A stretch of DNA of 64,000 bases from Sphyrna mokarran (taxonomy: Eukaryota): contig JAGIQG010000018.1 of NCBI GenBank assembly GCA_024679065.1, positions 46,128,001-46,192,000 of the forward strand. Reading direction: 5' to 3'. The notes under the pieces are model-generated. The model was not told where the DNA came from, did not search any database, and worked only from the letters and a program-made list of their open reading frames with translations. The position numbers and the translations under genes were made by a program. Position 1 is the stretch's first letter. Each line of letters begins with the position of its first letter. Shown one piece after another: positions 27,963 to 39,278 of this stretch.

Positions 27963-28707
27963 GGCCCAAATCTTTGCTCCTGGGTTGGGTGCATAGACAA
28001 GAATTTCAAACTTAGCAAATCTACCTGGGAAACCACATCAAAGAGTCTATGACACCTTACAATTGTCAATCAAACTGTGAAAGGCAAGCATCCCACTGTA
28101 ATAATAGATAGTTGCGAAATCAGCCATGCAGCACTAATCCGATAATGTAAACCCTCAGACTGTTCTCAATAGACAGGATGAAATAGTGAGCAAACTTTTA
28201 CTTAACATCTCAGACATTTTTTTTCCAAAGGTTTAAAAGGCAGGACTTTTAAATTCCTTCACAACTTGACAGCTCCCTTTGACAGGTCTCTTTGATAAGT
28301 GCTTTTAGCACTTTTCACAGATCCCTACGATAGGTTTGTGACAGTATTGACAGCTCTTTTGGCAGTTCCAGTAAGTACTTCTTACACATATTTATGTTTA
28401 ATTTTAATAAATCTAAAGGGCATCTGATCTCCATCAAAGGGCACTTCACTTCCTTCAAAAGGTTACTTGATCTACCCCAAAGGACATCTGATCTCTATCA
28501 AGTATTTCTCAGGACCAGATGGAAAGAGGCTATCCAAATAAATCCACGAAATTCTGCCTTGCTCCATTCTACACACTTTGAGGTTCAGTCTTAGCCCACC
28601 AAAATAGCAGCAGCTAATGATTTAAATGGCCATATATGTGATACAAGCACCTCCCTTAATCCTATCAAAGTTTGGAGAACCCTTCCACCATGGCAAAAAT
28701 CTGAGCC
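27963..28707. mobile_element. Non-autonomous PIF/Harbinger element
   Basis: TIRs GGCCCAAATCTTTGC / GCAAAAATCTGAGCC flanked by TTA and TAA. Confidence 0.65.
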
Positions 28708-28769
28708 TAACTATTTCCTAACTATTCATTATTCTTTGATATTCCAAATGATTCTTAATCCTTACAGCT

Positions 28770-29780
28770 TAGCCAGTGCACATGCCAAAGCTGTACAGAG
28801 AACTTCAAGTGCATATGACTAGTGGAATAGATGCCTCAAAATAATACCTGTTGATTTTCAATGATCTGGCTATGTAGCCCAAGGTTTTATTTGTTTTGTT
28901 TCACTTTTTATCTACATTGTCTCAGCATTGAAAGTGACAAGTTCACCCAATTATTTTGCACCATTTGTAATCCAGGTGATGTTATATCCATGTTTCTCAT
29001 TTCCTATCTCAAAATGCAAAGCTTTAACATTTCTCTGCCCATTTCACAACAGAGTGTACTCTTTTTTTCAAATATTAACTGCATTCTCTGTACCTACTAC
29101 ACTCTCAATTCTGGTGTCTGCTGTTAGTTGAACAAGTGTATGATTAGCTTTTGATTCCCAATTATTCTTCATTTTTATAGAAAGGAAGCAACAAAAGTTC
29201 AAGCACAGACCCTAGAGTACTCAGTTCAGCACTGCTTCACCCCAAGTTTGACATTATCTCTATTGTGTACTCTGTTTCTTACTTTTTGATCCAGTTTTGT
29301 ATTTAATTGCCCATTCAATGGTAGGGTCTCATTGAATTTTCAACTGACTAATACTCAGTAATAGAGAGTCTTGTCAAAGTACTTTGGAATAATCTATGTC
29401 AAGGTTCGTTCCACTATCTTCTTCATTTGTAATTCTTTGAAATAAATCAGATTGTCAAGCAGCTTCCTCCCATTCTTAATTCTTGGTGATTGTTTTCCAT
29501 CAAGACATGTTAGCTAAGTGTGCCTCCAAATTAATGTGGTTCACAGTATTTTCCCCCTTAATTTCCCCTGATGTTGAGTTAATTGGCCTCCAGTTTTCAG
29601 GTCAAATTTGTACTCTTCTTTACTCATCAATATTTCTTCATTTTCCACCCTATTTTGCAGAGCCTCTCAAGTATCGAAAGAATCTTTCACCACTTAGACA
29701 GTGCCTTAGATATTTCCTGTCTAATCTTCAGTAATCCAGGGTTTGTGCCATCTGATCCAGAGATTTGTTAGCTTTCTTGA
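28770..29780 (-). mobile_element. Old CR1-like RT fragment
   Basis: Decayed matches to the 62-63 kb CR1, e.g. GAGTTAATTGGCCTCCAGTT and CCATCTGATCCAGAGATTTG. Confidence 0.45.
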
Positions 29781-30169
29781 TTGACCCAAACCTTATGAAA
29801 TAATCATTGTACTATAATAAATGAATACTGAATTATTTTCCCCATACCGTATACATGTAGAAAATAATTATTTATAAATATCTTTACCCATCATTTGAAT
29901 ACTTCATTATTTTAATCCTTTGGTACTAAATTGCACTCTAGCCATTTTTTTTTACTGCTAAGAATGGGATTTTGATTCCAGAGCCTTCTTTTGGCATCTA
30001 ATACCTTTTTGATTTAATAGTTTCCTATTTCCTTGTACCTTTTTAATGAAGATATTGTAGAGGTAGTTTTCTTTTGTTATTTTGGTTGTGTACTTAATTC
30101 AGTTTTACATGTGAAATTGATACCAATAGTTTAATTTTCAGCCTACAAACGCCAGACACAAAACGTTTA

Positions 30170-30920
30170 AGGAAATAGACTATAATATGTGAAATGTGAT
30201 ATTATTCACTTTGAGAGGAAAAATGGAAAAGCAAAGTAACTTTTAAATGGACAGAAATTGAAATGTTAATATTCAAAAGGACCTGCATTGTTTTGCACAC
30301 AAATCATACAGGTTAACATACAACAGACAATTAGGAAGACAAATTGTATCTTAGCCAAAAGGAAAGAAGTCTTATTACAATTACGTAGGATCTTGGTGAG
30401 ACCATATTTGGAGTATCCCACACAGTTTTGGTCTCCTTACCCAAGAAAGAATATATTTGCCTCAGAGGGAGTGCAATGAATGTTTGCTAAATTGATTCCG
30501 GGCTGAGAGATTTGTCCTGGAAGAAAGAAGTAAGTAAACTAGGCCTAATTATCCTAAAATTTGGAAGGATGAGAGATCTAAATGAAGCAAATTAAATTCT
30601 TCAGGAACTTGACAGGATGAATACAACTGGGGAGTCCAAAACCGAACATTGGAGTGAGAATTCAATCAGTTAGGATTGAGATTAGGAGAAATTTCTTCAT
30701 TTAGGGAGTTGAGGATCTTTGGAATTCTCTATTTCAGACAGGTCAGCATGATCGGCCATGGTATACATTCAAGACTATATAATTTTGGAGTACGAAGGGA
30801 ATTAGGGGAATGAGGGTAGTGCATGTAGGTGAAGGTAAGATAAATCAGCCATGATCTTATTGAATGGCACTGCAGGTTTGAAGGGTAATGTGGCCTATTC
30901 CAGTTTCCAATTCTTATGAT
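30170..30920 (+). mobile_element. CR1 LINE 3' fragment
   Basis: LVRPYLEYPTQFWSPY motif; tail GGCCTATTCCAGTTTCCAATTCTTATG. Confidence 0.85.
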
Positions 30921-32695
30921 GTAAGAACATCATGTTCTTACAATCATGTTAAAAATAAATAGTTAATTGAACTTAGCCCTTGCTTTCACCCAATCTTTTA
31001 AAATATAATATTGTAGTTTCTAGTTCAGCATTATCCTTATGTTTGCCATCAAAAGACATCATAATGTATAGCACAGTCTCAATTCTGACAATTCCAGATG
31101 AGAAATGTAAAATAATTACTTCATTATACCTTCCGCTATCATGTTAGACATGGGTATGAAGAGATATGGAATCATGGTGAGCAAATTGAATTAAGTACAG
31201 ATCAACTATGATCTAACTGAATGGTGGGAATAGGCTCGAGGGGCTGGATGGCTATTCCTCCTGCTTTGTGATTCATTATTCTGCATCAACATCATAACAA
31301 CAGTCATTCACAGCCCTCCTCATGTATTCTTCTAAATATGATTAATATTATCCTGAATTCACTGAAGTGATACAGTGTATGTTTCAAGTTTGAGATAACA
31401 AAGTGAATAAAATATGATCATTTGACCTCAGGATCAGATAATATCCATAATGAATATTGGAATTGTGTTCACAAGAACAGGTATTTGGTGCGAAAATTAA
31501 TTGCGAGATACACTTCATGAACCATACACTCAGGGATCGACTAATCTGGGACCAACCAGATGGATTGAAATTGTATTTTCCAGTTATATGCATCCTCATG
31601 TTTCTATGCTTTAACAATAGCATTTCAGTCTGAGATTAACTTAGTACATTGCCCACTCACGTTTCATTTTAATGCCAGAAGTTTTGAAATGAATTTCTGT
31701 TGATATTATTCCATGCTATTAAATAAATTACCAAGCACCCATAACTATTAGAAGTAATAGTTTAACAAAGCTGAACTGAAATTAAACTCTCCAAAGCATA
31801 AACTGACAAAAGTCAAAATGAATTTTTGTCACTGCAGTTTTCCCTATGGAACTAAAGGTAAGGTAACATTTGGATGCCTACTCTGTGTTGGAATATTAAA
31901 TTTCTAGTGTAAATTCTTCTTTGATTTGGGAGTTTAGCCAACAGTGCCTTTATCTGGAACTATTAGGCAGATGGTAATTGACTTGTCCAAATAAGATTAC
32001 TTTGCTCTCACCAGTCCATTTGAAAAAAACAGCGCTGCTGCTAATCTTTGATTCTTGTCTTGCATATTTTATATGAATTGCTTTCTCAAAATAACGTTTG
32101 GCAACCTTAGTGGCTTAAAGTTGATTGGTTTGCAAATTTGGGGCTGACTCACTTGAGTGCATGAATGAATTCACTGAAATGTAACTCCATTGCGCCCCCT
32201 CACACGCAGGGCCACAGCTAAACTCACGACAGCCTTCTGGCTCGTTTGTCTGAAGTGGCACACCAATAAATGGTTGGTACTTTTTAGTATCAGAAGGCAT
32301 GGTGAAACCAGTGCTGCCCAAACATTATTCAGATCGATTGCATACAAATTTAACAATTGAGATCGTATTGCTGACTGCACAGAACCAACATTGTTACCTG
32401 CATTTAACTGAGTTTAAAATGTGTTATTCCCGCATATAATACCACTCGCGAAAGAAAGGAAATAGATCCCAGATTTTGAACACAAAATCTCTAGTTTAAG
32501 CTGGAAGAGGCGAAGATGATTCTATGGCTTTGTGCAATTTGACACAGATATTGCAATTACCGTACCCATCCTCATCTGGAAATCAATAGTCATTCATTTC
32601 TCTCCCTAGAAGGAACTTTTTCAATTGGCAAGGAAAGGAACATTGCTCCTGTTTAAAAAAAAGAATCTGAGCAGAAACAGTTCTCTTACACTTAC

Positions 32696-33094
32696 TTTAT
32701 CTGCCATGATCATGGAAGAGCCGCCGTGAATTCCCAAGATAGGAATAAATGTCTGGGAGGAAATAAAATCCAAAATCTGAGCGATAGCCTCCTGGTCCGT
32801 GTCATCTCCAAACACCACGCCGTGGATCTTGGTGCCTGACATCAGGTCACACACGTGGGTTATGATACTCTTCGGGTCGGTCTGGTTCACCGCCACGGTC
32901 ACCACATTGACATCAATGGGAAAATCGGGGGCATCTTCCTTGATCCACACATCCCTAAAGCCCGTGCTGTCGGGACTCCTGCCCAGAATGATGGCGATGT
33001 TCAGGGTCGGGTAACCCTGCTGAGCTCTGATTAGATCCAAGTGGAAGATGAGGAGATCTAGTACCACCACCGCAAGAAAGCCGAGGCGTCCCAT
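32696..33094 (-). CDS. GRIN2A: Glutamate receptor ionotropic NMDA 2A (GluN2A), first coding exon: signal peptide and start of the amino-terminal domain, 133 codons; partial gene
   Basis: MGRLG...LNIAIILG...[71 protein letters not shown], IHGxVFGDD and TFxPIL favour 2A over 2B. Phase-0 donor AAA|GTAAGT at 32696/32695; acceptor CTTTGCAG ends at 33113, so the exon spans 32696-33112. Confidence 0.93.
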
Positions 33095-36000
33095 TTTCGG
33101 AAGCTCCATCCCCTGCAAAGGTGAAGATTACCAACATCTGCAGATTGCACCAAAAATACACACGCACAGTTTTTTCCTTCTTCCCCTATTCCTTCTTTGA
33201 GATTTTTAAAACATCCACTCAAGGCATCAACATGGAAAAGTTCACCTAGTCACCAAATAAGGACAAAGGAAACCGCAGTCTCCGCATATTCCGAGAGGTT
33301 TTTTTTTCTACTCGTCATGAAGACCCAAAAAAGGCATCTGACCTAATTTACATACTACTGAGTATTCAGGACAGGTTTATAAGAATATCTTTCCCTATCG
33401 TCGGGTCACAAATATTTTGGGGTTCGTGTTGCCAAATCGTTCAGCCTGATGGTTGAGAGGGGCGTAGGTGAAGTGGGGAGGTGGGAAGGGGGGTGCGGGA
33501 TGGGTGCTTGCTTCCAGTTTACACAATACATCGTATCCTCTCTCACTATTAGTCATGATTGCTTTTCACGGGGGCTTTTTTTGATGCATTTCACTGCAAG
33601 GTTTGCTAACTTGTCTCTTTTCATTCCAAATCCAATTTAATATATAGAAGAGGATATAAAAGCTGCTCTTGTTTTAAGAAGCATCTCACTGTCCTGTAGC
33701 AATTTAAGAAAAGGACGTTTTACTTAATGTGCCAGGGAATGGGGTTGTTGGTGGGGTGGAGGGGGGCACTGAGCTCCGAGTGCCAGCTTGATTTGCAGCG
33801 CTAGTAACGGAATATCAACTTACTGGACGGCATATGAGAAGCTATTTTAGTAACAGTTTGAAGTCACGAAATACAGCATTCTGCCGTGTGGGCGTTCAGG
33901 TTTTAATGATTAAACGGTTGAATCATTTGAGGTTGTGGTCTCTTCCATGTTGATTTAAAACAAAAAATGCTAGCATGAATCAAATTATCAATCTCATTCA
34001 GACACTTGAAATCCAATCTTAATGCACGTAGAAGGCATTTTTACACAGGAGAGATGTTTTAATAATGAGCATACGTGTGAGCTATTTAAGTAGCAAAAGT
34101 GATTGGAAGGTTTATCGACAGACACACAAAAAAGAGAATAGACATTAAAACTGATGAGTTAAGTGAACCGATAAGCGAAATGAAATAAATTGGGATGAAG
34201 TTCATTCGAAAGCCAAATTCTTTCACATGAAGTGTATTGGTATGGATTGATATTACAGAGCTGCAGCGTCCTCTGCAGTTGCAATTGTCAGAGACAGCCT
34301 TAAGCATGATGCGGGAGACGTCTATATGTGACATACCTTCAATATCACGAAATGAATTTCGTTGCTGGCATGTTGGAGGGGTTTGCATGTCTTGGCTCTC
34401 AGCACCAAGGGTTATTTTGTGGGTCTCTGCATCTCCATGGAACGCCACTTTAAGCTCCAGCTTATCTCCTTTGCATTCAACAGCGGCTCTTGTGTCAGGA
34501 ACTAGCGAAGTATGAAAGTATGCAAAGTTGGTCTACAGTGGGCATAAAATGTGTAGTAAGCCCGATTAAAAATAAAATAAACTTGCTGCAATCTCCTTTT
34601 CTTTGCACTTTTGCTTCAGTTTGGTCAATCCAATAATGCAAATTCCCTATTATCTGGGTTCCGATCAAATGTTTGCATTTAGCAATGCATACGTTCAGAG
34701 GAATGAGAAAAGCAGATTTATACACAGAACAAATGGACTTCTGTTTCAACATAGCGTCACTTAGACCCAGTAGATGTTACACTGTGCAAGCAAAATCCTG
34801 CAGTGTGGAAAATGAAATCATATGAACGTATCTTATGGTTCGGAGTAATTGCTATTAAGAGCAAAGTACAACAACTGCAACTAGAGATTAGAGACGGGTG
34901 ATCGCACACAAGACAATACAGCAAACATACTTACAGCATCATTCTTCCACATAGCTGCAGCGCGTATGCTCAGTAATGAGGTTGCAAGATAACCCATTTG
35001 TACTGAAGCCCACCGGAACAACGCCAACGAATATTTCTGTGATCGACTCGCCTATTAACGGATCCATGTAACATTCTCCTATAATCTGCCGCAAACCCAT
35101 TAGCTTTCATTGTAGAAATGTGAACGTGCAAAGGATTCCATTAGAAGCGAGGAGTTCGACACAGCTATCTGGGATAATTGACTTTGAAATAGCAGTAAAA
35201 CCAGCCACCACACTAGCTGAACTCTTGTATTTTACGGTGCCATACACAGGCGCTTCTGCCTAAATCCTTCAGTCTCTGTTGAGACTGCAATACTCAAAGG
35301 TTCCTGGGCTCTGTGTTTGAGGAATCAGTCAACAACACATCCTTATGGAGGCTATGTGAATTACAGCGTCCGTGTGTGTGACCGTGTGAGGTGTGAGAGT
35401 ATGCAGAGTCCCATTTACTAAACAAAGAATAAGAAAAACAACTTGCTTGACGTATTTTTTTCTGTACGGAACAACACTGCTTCCATTCTTGGGGATTTCT
35501 CAACTTCAGACACAAAGGACAGTTTAGCCCAGTGTTATCAGTTGGCTAAAATCCAGGAGACTAGAATGGAGATAGAAATCGGTCCGCCGATAAACATGGA
35601 AATTACAGGTCTCCCTTCTACTGTGATACTCCTGACAAGCACAGACATTGCAAACCAACTATTAAGAACTCATCATTTGCTAAACCTGGCGCATATTGTA
35701 CTGGACCAAATCAGGTTCGGCTTCTTTCCCGCCTTAGAAAATTACCAAGGCAAATAAAGTGGACGTTACTGAATGGGCCACCGCCAAACGCTGACCGCAG
35801 CAAGGATGGGACAATGAGGTTTCAAAAAAAAAAGAAAGTGGAAGAAGGATCGGGAGTACAATTTGTATTTTGGAAATCCAGAAACTCATATCAAAATTGT
35901 GGTCGTGAAAAGAATGCCAAGGTGGATGTTATAGTGGGCCCGCAAGATGTGCCAAAATCGTGTGGCAAATCCAGAGACCGACATTAAAGTCATTCTTTTG

Positions 36001-37689
36001 ACATCATGAGAGTCGGCGTTCTCGCCTTTAACAGGCGAATGCTGCTTTGACGGGGTTACACCATTGAAAATCAACCAACCAGTAATCTCAACGACTGGAC
36101 TTCATTTTATTGTATTTCGGTGTCTTCCCCCACCCCCCCACCCCCCAGCCCCCCGCCCCTTCTCCGAATCAACTCAAGGCAAGAGCGATCCCTCGACGGC
36201 TCAATTTAGATGGCTGTTTGTCACTAGTGTCAATTTGAAAAGGGGATCCTGGAATATTTAAAAACGTCGCTTCCTTTTCATCACACATTACAACGCTGCT
36301 CACGTAGCTCGGAATTTCTCCCTTGAAAATAAATATGCTAGTTCTTTTTTTGGCTGCGGCTGACGGATTCTCACATTGTGGTACCGCTTATCTCATTCAT
36401 TCAATCCCCTTAGCACCGTGGGCGTCTCGTGCAGCCGTTTAATTTCTCTCGATATGTACGTAATATCAAAAAACGGAATGTTTAATATGGCCGTGACTAT
36501 AAGTGTACTATTTTCAGTATAGATGCGGAATTATTCGTGTAACACAAGTGGTTTTATATCGTCCGTTGTCAGTGGCATTTACCCACTGCGTAAAATATTC
36601 CTTTCAGTCTTTTCTGTATTTCAACCAATCGTGGCATCTTCCTCAATCCAATTACAACAATATTCCGTGGCTGACAGGAAGCGAATTGGGACTGCGGAAA
36701 GGATGCTTACAGGTTATACATGCTGAGTAAAATGAATCCAGTTCAGTGGCATGCTGCATTACTGTGTGTGCATAGCACTGATATGGGACACGACTATCTG
36801 AAGTCGCAGTCTCCTTCCTTCAGCTTGAAGGTGTCTGTTTCTGTGAAGGAAGTGTGTTGGGCATTGCCGACTTAAAGAGGGCGCATTGCACCTTATCAAC
36901 AGTCGCCCGATGCATTACAAGTAGATTTATTTATTTCAATTCGGCCAATGCTCGAATGCATTCAAGCGCGAAAAGTTAGAGCGAGGTACGGCAGGAATAC
37001 AAAATAAAAAGCAGCAATTAAAACAGAAGCATGGCAGCTAAATCTTTTAGGTTTCGTTTTCTCATCTCTAAAATGTTGATCTCCAACCAATTGCATGGGA
37101 ATAAATCAGTGATTCCCATGGATTTTTAATATTTAAATAACATAGTCCGAGGACAACTCATGCAACTTAACATGATAATGTGAGCCCTGGCAATAGGCTG
37201 GAGGATACATGCACTACTGTAAATCACACTGCAATATACTTCACCATCTTCACTTGTTTTATGGACCATAATCCCAATTCTTACTATGGTTGACCGAGAG
37301 ACAGCTTTAGAAATCTGCTTGGGTACAGAAAATAGGCACAGATTAATTGGTTATCGGACGACATGGAATATTGGATTCAGGGTCGGTGGGCCGCAGTTTG
37401 ACCATTGCACGAAACAAACTCCTTTTCACAAGAACTACTTTGTAATGCTGTATTAACAAAGTCTGGTATCCACTGCAACTTTGAACATGCTTAATATCCC
37501 AAGGTGCTTCAAATAAGCAAATATTTAGCATTGCTGTGGCGCCACAGATATGGAAATTCGTAATTATAATTTTGACAAATAAAGTTAAATTACATCTAAA
37601 AGGTAGAGAAGTGGAGAGATTTCATAAGGAAATTCCGGAAAGAAGGGCAGAAGCATGTGAAGACTAGAAAGCAAGGAAGAAACAATTAT

Positions 37690-38105
37690 TTGGCACCTTC
37701 ACTTCAGAACGTCTTAAGGTACTTTACTGCTAATTAAATACTTTTTGAAGTGTGGTCATCGTTATGTAGAAAACGCAATAGCTAATTTGCCACAACAAGG
37801 TCCCATAAACAACAATGCGCTAACGACAGATATTACTTCTGAGACCTTAACAGAGGGATAAATATTGACTTAGACACGAGGAAGAACTCCCCTGTTTTTC
37901 TTCGAAATAGAGGCATGGAATATATTATTTCCAAGCAGGACGATGTTGGTAGTGCAACAGTACCCTGATAGTGCAGCAATTCTCAGTGCTGCTGAGTCTC
38001 AGTACTGCACTGGATTGTCAAGCTCCATTTTTGCACTCAAGTCTTAAGAGTGGAATTTTAACCTCTGACTCAGGAGACAAGATTAGTACCAACTGAACTG
38101 TAACT
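37690..38105 (-). mobile_element. Deu-domain SINE (SacSINE1/AmnSINE1-related)
   Basis: Minus strand CCATGCCTCTATTTCGAAGAAAAACAGGGGAGTTCTTCC...AATATTTATCCCTC...CACACTTCAAAAAG matches the recalled Deu core. Confidence 0.75.
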
Positions 38106-38154
38106 AACCCTGACGAATGGCCGGCTGACGGGAAGGGAACGTTCCTAAACACAG

Positions 38155-38247
38155 TAAAAAGTCTCACAACACCAGGCCAAAGTCCAACAGATTTATTTGT
38201 ATCAAAAGTCATAGCTTTCGGAACTGGCCGTTCCTTCCTCAGGTGGG
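38155..38247 (-). mobile_element. Penelope-like element terminal fragment with a minimal hammerhead ribozyme motif
   Basis: Minus strand CAC-CTGAGGA-A-GGAAC-GGCCA-GTTCC-GAAA-GCTA, then AAATAAATCTGTTGGACT...CCTGGTGTTGTG. Confidence 0.6.
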
Positions 38248-39052
38248 TGAGAATGAGCGAGCTTGAGGCTTTGGAGAAGGAAAGTTGGTGGAGACGAGGC
38301 CAGGTGAGGCCGTGCGGAATTTGAAGACAAAGGTGAAGATTCTCAAGTTCTTAGAAATTGATGAGAAAAGGTTAAGATAGGCGAGCATGCGTGTTAATGG
38401 ACACCTGTGATTTGGAACTTTCAATTTATAGGCAACCGCAATCAGCTAAGAATGCAGCGAATTAGCAGGTATATTGATGACAAAATAAGGATAAGAAGGT
38501 CAACGGTAAGGGCAGAGGCGACCGCTATGAGGGAGTGAATGAGTTCTTTAAGATGTATTTGGGATGTCAAGCTCTTTTCTAGGCCTAAGACACAAACTGG
38601 TATACCATCAGCTTCTGACTGAACTGATGGTCGCGATAGGAGTGGAGAAGCGAACTTTACATGTTGCGTCAAACTTAAATATCAACGCGATTTCTATAAA
38701 CCCAAGTATACAAGACAAATCACACACCGCTGTTCTTTTGGAGCACGGTGTACAAACATTCAGCTTAACTTCCGATTATAAAACTGAGATTGGAGATATA
38801 TCATTTGGAATATCTGATTAAGTCAATGATGATGTATTAGATGGTATATACTATTCAAAGGCTGCGGGAAACCGTGCATATGTTTCTAATTCGTGTTACT
38901 ATATTCACTTAAGATATTTGTGTCTCACACAAAGATGCCCTTAAAAACTCGAATGGTTTTCTTCAGTTTGCAATGCGGCTTGGGTGGATCCATCTCTTGG
39001 TACATTGTCTCTGAGGATTTAATTAGCAATTAAATCTACAATTTCTCTTTTA

Positions 39053-39278
39053 TAAAGTTTATTTATTAGTATCACAAGTAGGCTTATATTAACACTGCAA
39101 TGAAATTATTGTGAAAATCACCTAGACGCTACACTCTGGCGGCTGTTTGGGTGCACTGACGGAGAATTTAGCATGCCTATATGCACCTAACCAACACGTC
39201 TTTCGGACTATGGGAGGAAACCGGAGCGCCCGGAGAAAACCCACGCAGCCACGGGGAGAACGTGCAGACTCCCCAGAG
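39053..39278 (-). mobile_element. 5'-truncated V-SINE with a non-CR1 tail
   Basis: V core GGGAGGAAACCGGAGCGCCCGGAGAAAACCCACGCAG as read on plus; tail AAAGTTTATTTATTAGTATCACAAG differs from the 13965 copy. Confidence 0.8.

Noticed and set aside
1-32695. Further GRIN2A exons
   Set aside because: No ORF resembles the next exon (FFQFG...YDW); the mammalian intron at this position is very long.
32621-33118. 165-aa ORF taken as the complete protein
   Set aside because: It starts at a TTG within the splice acceptor and reads through the donor at 32695; the residues after MADK are intronic.
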